A stretch of DNA of 63,657 nt, filler included, from Octopus bimaculoides (GCF_001194135.2; 7 parts of 6 records of this genome joined end to end with filler, not necessarily neighbours in it), one strand, 5' to 3'; counted from the whole stretch's first letter, positions 23,935-37,273 are shown. Notes: generated by a model from the letters alone, not told the origin. Program-made: numbers and translations.

Positions 23935-24400
23935 AGGTTTTCCAATTTTTAATTAAAAATTTCCGAAAATGTGGGCAACTCCCCACGGCTTCCATCCTGG
24001 AGTTCAGGTAGCCTCCTGGCTCATGTGAGTTCATAAGGATTATATATTTTTCTGCCATACACAATTTACATAGTCTTGTTCCATTGCGATAGGGTCCACA
24101 AGTTTCCAGTAATTTCCACCTGATGTTAAAAGGCGTATGATCATCCTTTAGGCACTATACGTATGCTGCGAGTGTTGTTGTGTTGCATCTCTCCGGGACC
24201 CTGAAAGAAGACCTGTGATTGTTCAGGCAAATTTTGAATTTGGATTCACAACATCTGACATAAATTTTAGTGTGTGCCCCTGTGTTAGCATTGATGTTAC
24301 TGATATTTGTGCTGCTTCTGTTTGAGGCTACCTTTGCTTGGTACACTGTAGCCACGGTGCTACATCGGCCAACCACTGGTCATTCATTTCTAATCCTGCA
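23935..24400 (-). mobile_element. Penelope-like element, GIY-YIG endonuclease region
   Basis: One frame with a single stop: VYQAKVAS...KIYVRCCESKFKICLNNHRSSFR...TTLAAYV*CLKDDHTPFNIRWKLLETCGPYRNGTRLCKLCMAEKYIIL...LNSRMEAVGSCPHFRKF; the CxLC, LNSR and CxH motifs are typical of Penelope. Confidence 0.85.
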
Positions 24401-24983
24401 TGAAAATCCTGCCTCTGTCCGTAGTTTAGGAGTGCTAAGTCACTTTTTCTAAACATTGGGTGCACAACTGAAAGAGATTCTTAAACTATGTCTGTTAAAG
24501 ATCTTTCTATATTTGTGTGATTGCGTGAAATGCTTATCAACCAACCTACATGTGTATATAGATGCATATCAGGGTACAGGACGTTAGAACAATGAACTAC
24601 AGACCTCGGAACGAACACATAGGAAAACAGATAGCCACTTGGAATTAATTCTTCGTCAGCTGCCTCTATTCTAACTAGACGTTTCGAAGATAAGGCAGAA
24701 CATATATACAGAGAAAGAGAGAGAGTATACATATATATATATTATTCTCGAACATGAATAGTGTAGACAGTGATATTGAAGTTTTGGCCATTTAAGCCAT
24801 CCTCAGATTGTGGAATATTTGATGATGTCTTAGCTGGCAGAAACTTTGAAGTCACTGTTAATACTACGCTTGTTAAAGAATGATAAATTGATAAATCTGT
24901 ACTCTACAAAATGCATCGGGTAATCCTTCAGTTTAATGTAAAATCGTTTTTACCATAATGTAACATAAAAACATTTATGTACG

Positions 24984-25015
<32 letters not shown>

Positions 25016-25035
25016 CATACATATATGTGCGTGTG

Positions 25036-25094
<59 letters not shown>

Positions 25095-25357
25095 NNNNNN
25101 NNNNNNNNNNNNNNNNNNNNNNNNNNNNNNNNNNNNNNNNNNNNNNNNNNNNNNNNNNNNNNNNNNNNNNNNNNNNNNNNNNNNNNNNNNNNNNNNNNNN
25201 NNNNNNNNNNNNNTATATGGCCTGATGTTTAATCAAAAGGAAATCAATATTTTCAGAAATTGTCTGATAAATCAAATAGCACAAAGTGTTTATCCTCCAA
25301 GACTGAATTCTTTGGTCACTTCACATCAAGGTGGAAGGTTAATTCTGTGTATTGTCT

Positions 25358-25402
<45 letters not shown>

Positions 25403-26479
25403 TCGCTGCTGCTGCCACCATCACCACCGTTAACCAACTGTTCCAGAAACATACAAAGAAGAGAGAGACCTAGTAGCAAATGTTGAGCTGATATTTAGTA
25501 ATTTCATAATCAGAATACCTTATCAAATTTTTTCTGACATTTCAAAGAAGTAGGTTTCAGTTAATACTTTAATTTACACACACACACACACACACATGCA
25601 CACATATGCACACACATACACACGCACACGAACACACACACACACAGAAATGACACACCATTCATACATACATATAAACAGCCAGACAGACAGACCTACA
25701 TGCATACACACACACATACATACATACATACATACATACACACATACATACACACAGATAGCTGGATAGATACATACATACATATATATATACACACACA
25801 TAGATACACACATAAATATATGAACTCATATACATACACACAGAAAGATAGATACATACATACATCCATACATACACAAATACATACATACATATATACA
25901 TGCAAAGAGATAGAGAGAGAGAGATAGATACACACACACATCCATCCATCCATTCATACATACATACATACATACATACATACGTACGTACATACGTACG
26001 TATGTACATACATACATACATACATACATACATACATACATACGTACATACGTACATACATACATACATACATACATAGGTGCTAACTGTATGGAAACTA
26101 TGTAGACTCTACTCTCCCCACTTCTCTCGCTTGAACATCAACAATAAGGACTACTCTGGTTCAAAGTCTCCCTTAAATAAATTTGCTACTCTCACTGCTT
26201 TCCAACCTCCTCCAACCACCAACGGCTGTTCAACCACCTCTCATCTTGAACCAAGAACATCTAGCTCATTTCACCCATTTCTGAAGTTGCCATTGGTGCC
26301 TGTAATGTAGACCAATGCTTCTCAAACTATCTGATGTGACATACCGCTAGATTTTTGTTTTCCATGTGCCAGGGACCGGTAAAATTTCTTGGTAGTATTA
26401 ATTTATACCAGAAACAATATATATAATGAATATAATAAAAGGTGACAATTTTTTTTTATCTAATATTTATTTTTTAAAC

Positions 26480-26645
26480 AAGGCGCAGGAGTAGCTGTGT
26501 GGTAAGTAGCTTGCTTAACAACCACATGGTTCCGGGTTCAGTCCCGCTGCGTGGCACCTTGGGCAAGTGTCTTCTACTATAGCCTCAGGCCGACCAAAGC
26601 CTTGTGAGTGGATTTGGTAGACGGAAACTGAAAGAAGCCCATCGT
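26480..26645 (+). mobile_element. SINE family A, 5' half (rest in gap)
   Basis: aggcgcaggagtagctgtgtggtaag...gacggaaactgaaagaagccc. Confidence 0.9.
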
Positions 26646-28096
26646 ATATATGTATATGTATATATATATATATNNNNNNNNNNNNNNNNNNNNNNNNNNN
26701 NNNNNNNNNNNNNNNNNNNNNNNNNNNNNNNNNNNNNNNNNNNNNNNNNNNNNNNNNNNNNNNNNNNNNNNNNNNNNNNNNNNNNNNNNNNNNNNNNNNN
26801 NNNNNNNNNNNNNNNNNNNNNNNNNNNNNNNNNNNNNNNNNNNNNNNNNNNNNNNNNNNNNNNNNNNNNNNNNNNNNNNNNNNNNNNNNNNNNNNNNNNN
26901 NNNNNNNNNNNNNNNNNNNNNNNNNNNNNNNNNNNNNNNNNNNNNNNNNNNNNNNNNNNNNNNNNNNNNNNNNNNNNNNNNNNNNNNNNNNNNNNNNNNN
27001 NNNNNNNNNNNNNNNNNNNNNNNNNNNNNNNNNNNNNNNNNNNNNNNNNNNNNNNNNNNNNNNNNNNNNNNNNNNNNNNNNNNNNNNNNNNNNNNNNNNN
27101 NNNNNNNNNNNNNNNNNNNNNNNNNNNNNNNNNNNNNNNNNNNNNNNNNNNNNNNNNNNNNNNNNNNNNNNNNNNNNNNNNNNNNNNNNNNNNNNNNNNN
27201 NNNNNNNNNNNNNNNNNNNNNNNNNNNNNNNNNNNNNNNNNNNNNNNNNNNNNNNNNNNNNNNNNNNNNNNNNNNNNNNNNNNNNNNNNNNNNNNNNNNN
27301 NNNNNNNNNNNNNNNNNNNNNNNNNNNNNNNNNNNNNNNNNNNNNNNNNNNNNNNNNNNNNNNNNNNNNNNNNNNNNNNNNNNNNNNNNNNNNNNNNNNN
27401 NNNNNNNNNNNNNNNNNNNNNNNNNNNNNNNNNNNNNNNNNNNNNNNNNNNNNNNNNNNNNNNNNNNNNNNNNNNNNNNNNNNNNNNNNNNNNNNNNNNN
27501 NNNNNNNNNNNNNNNNNNNNNNNNNNNNNNNNNNNNNNNNNNNNNNNNNNNNNNNNNNNNNNNNNNNNNNNNNNNNNNNNNNNNNNNNNNNNCAGCCAGA
27601 AAGTGTAGTGATAATTGCTTTTAATAGAATCCTACAGAGGGAGTGCCTGAGAACTGTGTACCCCAACAACAACCTCATGAATAATGGGCTGGCTGGCTGG
27701 CTAGATGGCTGGCTGGATGGGTGGCTGACTAGATGGATGGATGGATAAAACTCTCTTCAGCAATAAGCTCTATCTCCTCCATGTGACAGGCACAAAGATT
27801 TCCCTAATGCTCATGATTGTTCCCGCCACTGATCCCAGCTTCTGCCAAGCCATCATCATCTCTGCACCTCTTGGATTGTCTAATCATTACTTAATCTTGA
27901 CTATCCACTACACATTCATACAATACACAGCAATCTACCCCCATCCCCCACCCTCCTAACCATGTGGCACTTCAAGGCCTGTTAACTAGTCTGAACTCTG
28001 ATAGTTTCTACCAAGGAAACAACTCCATATATTTTTACCTACTGGCTGGTTTTTACCCACCATTGCAATTCCTGCAAGACTCCCATCTGAAATAAT

Positions 28097-28550
28097 TATT
28101 TCTTTATTGCCCACAAGGGGCTAAACATAGAGGGAACAAACAAGGACAGACAAAGGGATTAAGTCAATTACATCAACCCCCAGTGCATAACTGGTACTTA
28201 TTTAATCGACCCCGAAAGGATGAAAGGCAAAGTCGACTGCGGCGGAATTTGAACTCAGAACGTAACGGCAGACGAAATACCATTAAGTATTTCGCCCAGC
28301 ATGCTAATGTTTCTTTTTTCTTTATTGCCCACAAGGGGCTAAACATAAAGGGGGAAAAAACAAGGACAGACAAAGGGATTAAGTCGATTACATCAACCCC
28401 CAGTGCGTAACTGGTACTTATTTAATCGACCCCGAAAGGATGAAAGGCAAAGTCGACTGCGGCGGAATTTGAACTCAGAACATATCAGCAGATGAAATAC
28501 CACTAAGCATTTCCCCCAGTGTGCTAATAATTCTGCCAGCTCACTGCCTT
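28097..28550 (-). mobile_element. Head-to-tail dimer of SINE family C (Meta/MESC-like core) with one 14-bp TSD
   Basis: Two copies (28097-28313, 28314-28550) containing the reverse complement of gactttgcctttcatcctttcggggtcgattaaataagtaccag; TSD ccatctgaaataat at 28083-28096 and 28553-28566. Confidence 0.88.
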
Positions 28551-29160
28551 TTCCATCTGAAATAATGCCAAATATATTATCATGCATTGCACAGCCTGTA
28601 AGTTCTTCCATCTCTCAAATAACAGCCATTCATCTTGATCGCTTGCCAAAATTATCTTCAACTTTTCAGAAGCCTTTAATTTACCACTTCTCAGACATTT
28701 CCCACCCGTTTTGCATTCAAATGCACACTGCATACACTCAGCCGAACTATCCCCAAACTTTCTTCACCATGTCATCATGGACACATAGAACCTCAAATGT
28801 GAAAATGCTTCTGATCAGTTCAAAACCATCATCCCTGACAATGTCCCTTCCATTACCCTCAGACAGTGCGTTCCAGACCCAACTTCTGTCTTCACCAAAC
28901 TATTCAATGACTCTCTTAACCACACTCCTCTCTCACCCCTTCTCTGTCTTTCTCCAGGGATCTAATCTATCCTTATCTTTGTAAGCAAACTACAGCATGA
29001 CCCATTACCCAAAAAAAAAAAAAAAAAGATAACCCATCTGACTTCTGACCTCCGATAAATCAAAGATAATGAAAACTATTGTTACCGATCACCTATTTTT
29101 AACACCTAAAGGCTCTCTCCTTCCTCACTGTCCACAAATACGGCTTCTGTAAATTCATAT

Positions 29161-29879
29161 CTACCGGCTTGCAAAGACCTGTTGGGGCAAGCGAAAGTGA
29201 AATTGTGATGGCACCTGTACCAGTGGAGCACTAAGAGCACCGTTCAAGCGTGATTGTTGCCAGAGCAGCTGTCTGGCTTCCGTGCCAGTGGCACGTAAAT
29301 AGCACCATTTGAGCATGATNNNNNNNNNNNNNNNNNNNNNNNNNNNNNNNNNNNNNNNNNNNNNNNNNNNNNNNNNNNNNNNNNNNNNNNNNNNNNNNNN
29401 NNNNNNNNNNNNNNNNNNNNNNNNNNNNNNNNNNNNNNNNNNNNNNNNNNNNNNNNNNNNNNNNNNNNNNNNNNNNNNNNNNNNNNNNNNNNNNNNNNNN
29501 NNNNNNNNNNNNNNNNNNNNNNNNNNNNNNNNNNNNNNNNNNNNNNNNNNNNNNNNNNNNNNNNNNNNNNNNNNNNNNNNNNNNNNNNNNNNNNNNNNNN
29601 NNNNNNNNNNNNNNNNNNNNNNNNNNNNNNNNNGTTCCTGTGCAGGTGGCACATAAAATACACCATTTTGAGCGTGGCCGTTGCCAGTACCGCCTGACTG
29701 ACCTTTGTGTCGGTGGCATGTAAAAGCATCCACTACACTCTCGGAGTGGTTGGCGTTAGGAAGGGCATCCAGCTGTAGAAACTCTGCCAAATCAGATTGG
29801 AGCCTGGTGTAGCCACCTGGTTCACCAGTCCTCAGTCAAATCGTCCAACCCATGCTAGCATGGAAAGCAGACGTTAAAC

Positions 29880-29910
<31 letters not shown>
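29161..29910 (+). mobile_element. Family D element (V-domain-like core, internal tandem units, (GAT)n tail)
   Basis: tggttggcgttaggaagggcatccagctgtagaaa...gctagcatggaaagcagacgttaaacgatgatg. Confidence 0.85.
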
Positions 29911-29921
<11 letters not shown>

Positions 29922-30654
29922 AGATATCTGCCCTCTTCTTGTGTCATTTCTCACTGGGTCTTCATCCTTGAGGATTTTGGTGACAACAATGTTGTTTCAA
30001 TTAACATCCGCAAAACATTTGATTGTGTCATGGTCTGATATGTGCATCTCCTGGTTAAGCTTCCTGCTTATGGGCTACATCCATCTCTGGTCTCTTTTAC
30101 ATCGAAAACTTCCTGTCATACCACACAATTTTAGCATGTACTGAATTGGCACTCTCTCTCTCTCTCTCTCTTTCTCTGACCTACCCTCTATCATCTCCTA
30201 TACATCAACAACGTACTATCAACTACCTCCAACAATCGTTAGTAAATTTAGTATCAGAATTATTTTATAGGAAGGTTAAATGCTTTTCTGGTACAACATT
30301 AATTGACTTTTATTAGCTGTTATGGTCTTGTATGTAATTAACGTCAGTTTTAACAGTCAATTTTATACCAGCAACTATGAAATATCGAACGTCTGTATAT
30401 TACATAGAATGTAGCTAAAGAGCTAGTGACCGTGACTATATCAAAGCTGATGAGACAAAATGAGGTTGAAATACAGTATGGATGCTAAAATTTGTATTGT
30501 TTAGTGCTGTACTATTCAGAATTTATATTCATTTAGTGTTGAATTAAATTTTCTTTCCTTCGAGTTTCAGAAAATATCATTGACATCTGAGTGATCACTG
30601 AATCATGCAATCCTATGAATAATTAAAAGAAATCGATATTATAGATATAAATAT

Positions 30655-31025
30655 CATCATCATCATCATCGTTTAACGTCCGCTTTCCATGCTAGCATGG
30701 GTTGGACGATTTGACTGAGGACTGGTGAAACCGGATGGCAACACCAGGCTCCAATCTGATTTGGCAGAGTTTCTACAGCTGAATGCCCTTCCTAACGCCA
30801 ACCACTCAGAGAGTGTAGTGGGTGCTTTTACGTGTCACCCGCATGAAGGCCAGACAGGTAGTACTGGTAACGGCCACGCTCAAAATGGTGTATTTTATGT
30901 GCCACCCGCACAAGAGCCAGTCCAAGGGCACTGGCAACGATCTCGCTCGAAAATCCTACGAAGTCCAGTCAGGTGGTACTGGCAACGGCCACGCTCAAAA
31001 TGGTGTATTTTATGTGCCACCCGCA
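30655..31025 (-). mobile_element. Family D element, minus strand
   Basis: Reverse complement of the 29161 copy, with repeated ggtactggcaacggccacgctcaaaatggtg units. Confidence 0.88.
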
Positions 31026-31158
31026 AGTGTATATAAATATGATCTTCCCTGAAGCGTATGAAAGCTGGACAATCACGGTGGACACTCACAGTTGACATGG
31101 AATGTAGTAGAATGTAGATATTTGAGACACAGCTGCTTCAGAATGTTGACCAGTAGAA

Positions 31159-31242
31159 GACACTGATGCTATATTTCTGGTAAGGCAACTGCAGGAGAAA
31201 TACCTAGCTAAAGATAAACCTTTGCACTTGGCTTTTCTTGAC
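31159..31242 (+). mobile_element. RTE-clade reverse transcriptase fragment
   Basis: DTDAIFLVRQLQEKYLAKDKPLHLAFLD. Confidence 0.8.
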
Positions 31243-31245
31243 TGG

Positions 31246-31439
31246 ATCCTGTGCCGGTGGCACATAAAAAGCACCCACTACACTCTTGGAGTGGTTGGTG
31301 TTAGAAAGGGCATCCAGCTGTAGAAACTCTGCCCGACCAGATTGGAGCCTGGTGCAACCGCTGGCTCTCCAGACCTCAGTCAAACCGTCCAATCCATGCC
31401 AGCATGGAAAATAGATGTTAATCGATGATGATGATGATG

Positions 31440-31440
<1 letters not shown>
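31246..31440 (+). mobile_element. Family D element, 3' part
   Basis: gtgccggtggcacataaaaagcacccactacac...atcgatgatgatg. Confidence 0.85.
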
Positions 31441-31504
<64 letters not shown>

Positions 31505-31525
31505 CATACACACACNNNNNNNNNN

Positions 31526-31569
<44 letters not shown>

Positions 31570-32320
31570 GCACACACCTACATATATATATGTACACATA
31601 CATATACATCTATATATATATATATGTATGTATGTGTGTGTATGTATATATATGTGTGTGTGTGTGTGTGTGTACATATTTGTGTGTGTGTCTCTGCATT
31701 TGTCTCCCTGCCATCATTTGACAACCAATGCTGGTGTGTTTATGTCTCTGCAACTTAGCAGTTTGGCAAAAGAGACCAATACAATAAGTACTAGGCTTAC
31801 AATATATATATACACCCCCCACACACACACACATATATATACACACACACACACACACATATATAAAATTGATACTAAGACTTGCAGCATGAAGTAATAT
31901 TTTACATCATAAGCAAATCTGAGGCAGAAAAGAGAAACAGGCTCGACTGGAATGTGAACTACGTATCTATCTGTTGCTAGGCGACTGTGTTGCCACTTAC
32001 TTACACTACACAGTGGTACCAGTAAATCTTTCTTTCACAAACCAAGTACTTTAATCTATTTCTCTGTTATTTTCTTTTTGTTTTAACTGCGAGAGGTAGA
32101 AGTCACTGAAATGTTTCACTAAACCAGTCTGTTTGTAGCTAGCTATGAAGTATAGCCACTAGAACTGGCTAAGTCAATAATGGTTTACCTCAAACCAATT
32201 TTGGTTGGGAAATGAAAGCTCTGCCTATTTACACCCATACATAACAAAACCTGGATCATTTGCGAGAAGGCTGAGGTAAATAAACAGGGGCCAATGGCAA
32301 AATTACTTGCACAACATGTG

Positions 32321-32575
32321 GATACTGAAGTAGTTGTATGCTGTCAACTTAATGTGACAGTCCCCTGAAGGGAATAATACTACTGTTGGTTAGACCTAGG
32401 AAGCTGCACCGCTTCCTGTCGGCCTTGACACCTTTCCTGTGTCCTTATGTTGTCAAGGAAAGGTATCAAGGCCGACAGGAAGCGGTGTAGTTTCCTAGGG
32501 CTAACCAACAGTAGTATTATTCCCTTCAGGGGACTGTCACATTAAGTTGACAGCATACAACTACTTCATTGTATC
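32321..32575. repeat. Near-perfect palindrome: 113-bp arms, 17-nt loop (possible foldback MITE)
   Basis: 32326-32438 is the reverse complement of 32456-32568 with 4 mismatches; extends to gatac/gtatc with a 2-nt indel. Confidence 0.95.
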
Positions 32576-32577
32576 AC

Positions 32578-33004
32578 TACTCTTACTCTTTACTCTTTTA
32601 CTCTTTTACTTGTTTCAATCATTTGACTGTGGCCATGCTGGAGCACCGCCTTTAGTCGAAAAAATCGACCCCAGGACTTATTCTTTGGAAGCCTAGTACT
32701 TATTCTATCGGTTCCTTTTGCCGAACCGCTAGGTGACAGGGACATAAACACACCAGCATCGGTTGTCAAGCAATGCTAGGGGAATAAACACAGACACACA
32801 AACACACACACACAAACACACACACACACACATACATACATATATACGACGGGCATCTTTCAGTTTCCATCTACCGAAACCACTCACAAGGCTTTGGTCA
32901 GCCCGAGGCTATAGTAGAAGACACTTGCCCAAGGTGCCACGCAGTGGGAATGAACCCGGAATCATGTGGTTGGTAAGCAAGCTACTTACCACACAGCCAT
33001 TCCT
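32578..33004 (-). mobile_element. SINE family A, full length
   Basis: Same consensus as 18536-18950. Confidence 0.92.
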
Positions 33005-33311
33005 GGCGTGCTAACGATTCTGCAAACTCACCACCTGATAATGGTTGAAGGCACTTACAGCATCGTTATTTTTAACAAACTAGTCTAATATAATGAGATA
33101 TATTAGTATTTTTGTTCTGCTACTTAGAATTAGCAGCCAAAGACCACTGCTTCATTTAGCAACAGTTTAAATATGCATACCATTATAAATAACCGGAATA
33201 TTTGCCTCTGCTGCCATACCATTCTTGTTCCAAAATGACATCCTCAGGTGCTGGCTGATTGCTTTCAACTGCTCTATCCAACAAATGAAACCACACACAC
33301 ACGCGCGCGCG

Positions 33312-33352
<41 letters not shown>

Positions 33353-33370
33353 GCACGCACNNNNNNNNNN

Positions 33371-33407
<37 letters not shown>

Positions 33408-35151
33408 GCACGCACACACACACACACACGCATGCACGCACACACACACGTGCACAAATACATGCATACACACAGACAAACATAAGCAGATAAAAAAATC
33501 AAAGAGGATAGATGAAATGGTACTTTTGTTATCGTCAGCTTCATCCCAAGGAGAAGTTAAGATGTCTCTCGCCTAGCAACACAGCTTCATTCCGTAACCT
33601 TTCAATCCTCAATGCCATTCCCAAGACACTTGCTCATCAACCTTAACTTCATTATTAATGAATTAAAAGGAAAAGTCAACAAAGGTGACACATTTGCTTT
33701 CAGAAACTCCCAAGATTCTAAAACTACTAAAATATTTCCACCAAATGAATGAAAGAATATAATCCAAGAGAGTAATATATAAGAAATGGTTCTAGCTTTG
33801 CTTTATATAATATCTTTTCCCCAACAGATGGGATAAACAGGCATCAGAAATAGTCTGGATAGAAATAGTATGTAATCTCAGAATTTCAAAATGCCAACCT
33901 TCATTGCAATGAACTGAAGTTTATGGATGAAAGGAAGACAAGATTTTTCTGTCAGCTATTATTACAAGGCTTTATAGTACTGCAACAGAAATAAATGCTT
34001 GTGTTGGTTTAGGATAATAAGCCAGGAAGAGATAAGGTATCTGGGAGTTCTTAAAACATTTTGTATAATGCACAAAAGAAACAACGGAATTACAGAATGC
34101 TTTTAAAGGAGATAACATACGCCGTAGTCATTTCTTAGTAAATATTTTGATTGAAAGTCATCAGGACTATAAGACAGATTTAGTTTGGGTCAAAGAACAA
34201 TGTAAAAGACGATTGTAGTGAAATGACATTTTCTAAACAAAAAATAAATATTGTAAGACATGATGATGATGATGATAATGATGGTTTTCTCCTTTTGATC
34301 TTAAAACATTAACACTTTTCCAATCAAATTAAAACATTAAAATTTCAATCATGTTGAATCTTTTAAATGATAACAAAAAAAAATTTTTTTAAAACATTTA
34401 ACATTTTCAAATCTTTAAAAGCAATCATTTGGAAATAAATTGACATTATCATAGATACCATGCAAAAGAGTAATAAAAATATCATTTTCTTCATGAAATT
34501 ACTTAAATGAACAAAAAATCATTTTTCTACCAGTAAAACAAGACGATTTATTGTTTCATAAATAATTTTTTTTTTAATCTATAAAAGTGCCTCCATATTA
34601 CTACATGACTTTGGTATGGGTTTGACAGATTATCAAAGTTTGAGTTAGTGTTTATTCACAGTTATTGCCTTCCTAGATACACCAAGGATCTCCTCCCACT
34701 CAGATGTTACATTTTTGGCATGATTTCTGCAATTGGATAATTTTCTACTTTACATAGTGTATTCTCTCCATGCAGTCTCCCTACATTCTCTGGCACCAAA
34801 GAAGTTGTTTTGCCCCTTTCTCCACCCAACCAAAACTAAAGAGAGTTCCCCTCCTCTTTTCATTGTCTCCAGTCGTTTGTTCCTTTCTTTCCTACACAAC
34901 AGGATGGGAAGAGACACCCCCCCCCCACCTCCGCTGCAGTGAGAGAGAGAGAGAGAGTGACAGAAAAAAGAATATCAGATGAGAACTGCAGTGATAACAA
35001 CAAGCAGAAGGAGAGTGAGGAGGGAGGGAAGGCGGAGACAGACAGACAGAGGGTAATGATGAGTGTTAGTAAGGAGATTGGACAAAAGCTAGATAGATGA
35101 GTGATAAAAGAGAAAGTGATGGGAGCAACAGAGGAAAGAGTAATGGGGAGG

Positions 35152-35185
<34 letters not shown>

Positions 35186-35317
35186 GAGAGACAGACAGAC
35201 AGTCAGGCAGACAGAGACAGCTATATGAGGGTTGTTGGTAATGAGACTACGAACACGTGGTCTCGTGATTAGAGGGTTGCACTGATGGTTGCATAATCGT
35301 GGGTTCAATTCCTGCTA

Positions 35318-35741
35318 TACTCTCTCTCTTTTATTCATTTACTCTTTTACTTGTTTCAGTCATTTGACTGCGGCCAGGCTGGAGCACCGCCTTTAGTCGA
35401 AAAAATCGACCCCAGGACTTATTCTTTTGTAAGCCTAGTACTTATTCTATCAGTCACTTTTTGCCGAACTGCTAAGTTACGGGGACGTAAACACACCAGA
35501 ATCGGTTGTCGGGCGATGGTGGGGAGACAAACACAGACACACAAACACACACACACACATATATATATACATATATACGACAGGCTTCTTTCAGTTTCCG
35601 TCTACTAAATTCACTCACAAGGCTTTGGTCAGCCCGAGGCTATAGTAGAAGACACTTGCCCAAGGTGCCACGCAGTGGGACTGAACCTGGAACCATGTGG
35701 TTGGTAAGCAAGCTACTTACCACACAGCCACTCCTGCACCT
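35318..35741 (-). mobile_element. SINE family A, full length
   Basis: Same consensus as 18536-18950. Confidence 0.92.
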
Positions 35742-35947
35742 ATAGTATATTGTGTTCTTGAACAAAACACTTCTTTTCACACTGTTCCAGTCCATTCAGC
35801 TGTAAATGAATGACCCTGCAATGCACTGGCATCCAATTCAGTGGGAATTTTATGGTTTCAGTCACTTATAAGCCATGGAAACCAGGTAACTGAGTGCACG
35901 AGTTTTAGGACTCGAGACAGCAATGAAGTCGAATAGACTAGTTGAAT

Positions 35948-36103
35948 AGGTACAAGCATGGCTGTGTGATAAGTAGCTTGCTTACCAACCACATGGTTCC
36001 GTGTTCAGTCTCACTGCGTGGCACCTTGAGCAAGTGTTTTCTACTATAGCCTCAGGCCGACCAAAGCCTTGTGAGTGGATTTGGTAGGCAGAAACTGAAA
36101 GAA
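35948..36103 (+). mobile_element. SINE family A, 5' half
   Basis: ggctgtgtgataagtagcttgcttaccaacc...gaaactgaaagaa. Confidence 0.85.
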
Positions 36104-36272
36104 AGTTGGGGCGAAAGAGTACAACAGAGGTCACCACCACCCCTTGCCGGAGCCTTGTGGAGCTTTAGGTGTTTTCGCTCAATAAACACTCACAACGCCT
36201 GGTCTGAGAATCGAAACCGCGATCCTCCGACCGCAAGTTCGCTGCCCTAACCACTGGGCCATTGCGCCGCTA
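36104..36272 (-). mobile_element. SINE family B, 5' part, abutting the family A head
   Basis: Reverse complement of 6985-7150. Confidence 0.85.
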
Positions 36273-37241
36273 CTTTATGGTTGATTAGTGTTTATATTTT
36301 GAATTACATATATATGGGAACACCAAAATTTTTTTTAAGTGCTTAGGGCCTCTAGGGTCTTAATCCAGCCCTCTGTAGGGTTAATAGTGGATCACTTAGT
36401 AATCTTACAAGAGCAAAGTATATTCAAGAAGAGCTGAAGGAGAACTGCAGAATCAAACAAAAGATTGAATTTGAATGCAAAATTTGCAGTGACACTATGA
36501 TATAATAGTTAGCATATGTGCTCAACCAGCAAGAAATATGTGGTTTAGTTTTTGTTTGGAGGTCACTGCAATTTTCTTTCAAACACATATATATGCATAT
36601 GTATATGTCTTTCAAACAGTTATTCAAAAGTAATGAAAGTATCTTATTGCATGTAATAACAGTTGAAATCTTGAATACATGTGGGAATCCTTTCAACAGT
36701 GATACAGTGGAAACGAGGTTATAAATCAGTACATAGTTATATCTTAGATTAACATAAAGGAGAGAAGAATATGCTTATGTGTGTGTATATGTACATGTAT
36801 ATGTGTGTGCACATGAGCATACATGTGGTGGTGGTGGTGAGGGGGGTTGTTTGAGGGAGGGAGGGTTGTGTGTGTGTGTGGTGGGGTGAGTATTATATGT
36901 ACGGCAGAGTGTGTATGCATGTATGCGAGATTATATAAGCATGTGTGGGAGAATATTTATGTATGTGTGGGAGTCTATATACATATGTGTGGGAGAATAT
37001 ATACCCATCTGTAGTAGAGTCTATATATATATATATATATATGTGTATGTATGTATACATATATATATATATATATATATATATNNNNNNNNNNNNNNNN
37101 NNNNNNNNNNNNNNNNNNNNNNNNNNNNTTAATTAATTAANNNNNNNNNNNNNNNNNNNNNNNNNNNNNNNNNNNNNNNNNNNNGCATAAGTTGCTTCAC
37201 CAACATATTACTAATTGGCAATTCCCTGCCCTATATTTGTA

Positions 37242-37273
<32 letters not shown>

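Larger units (their letters stand above)
27780..30245 (+). mobile_element. Degenerate CR1/Jockey-group LINE ORF2 interrupted by SINEs
   Basis: ISAPLGLSNHYLI (endonuclease end); PDNVPSITLRQCVPDPTSVFTKLFNDSL; SHWVFILEDFGDNNVVSINIRKTFD...KLPAYGLHPSL; LYINNVLSTTSNN. Many stops and frameshifts. Confidence 0.8.

Noticed and set aside
29634-31025. Repeated 55-65-bp units that might suggest a CRISPR-like array
   Set aside because: Eukaryotic context, degenerate units without unique spacers, and they are internal to family D retroposons.
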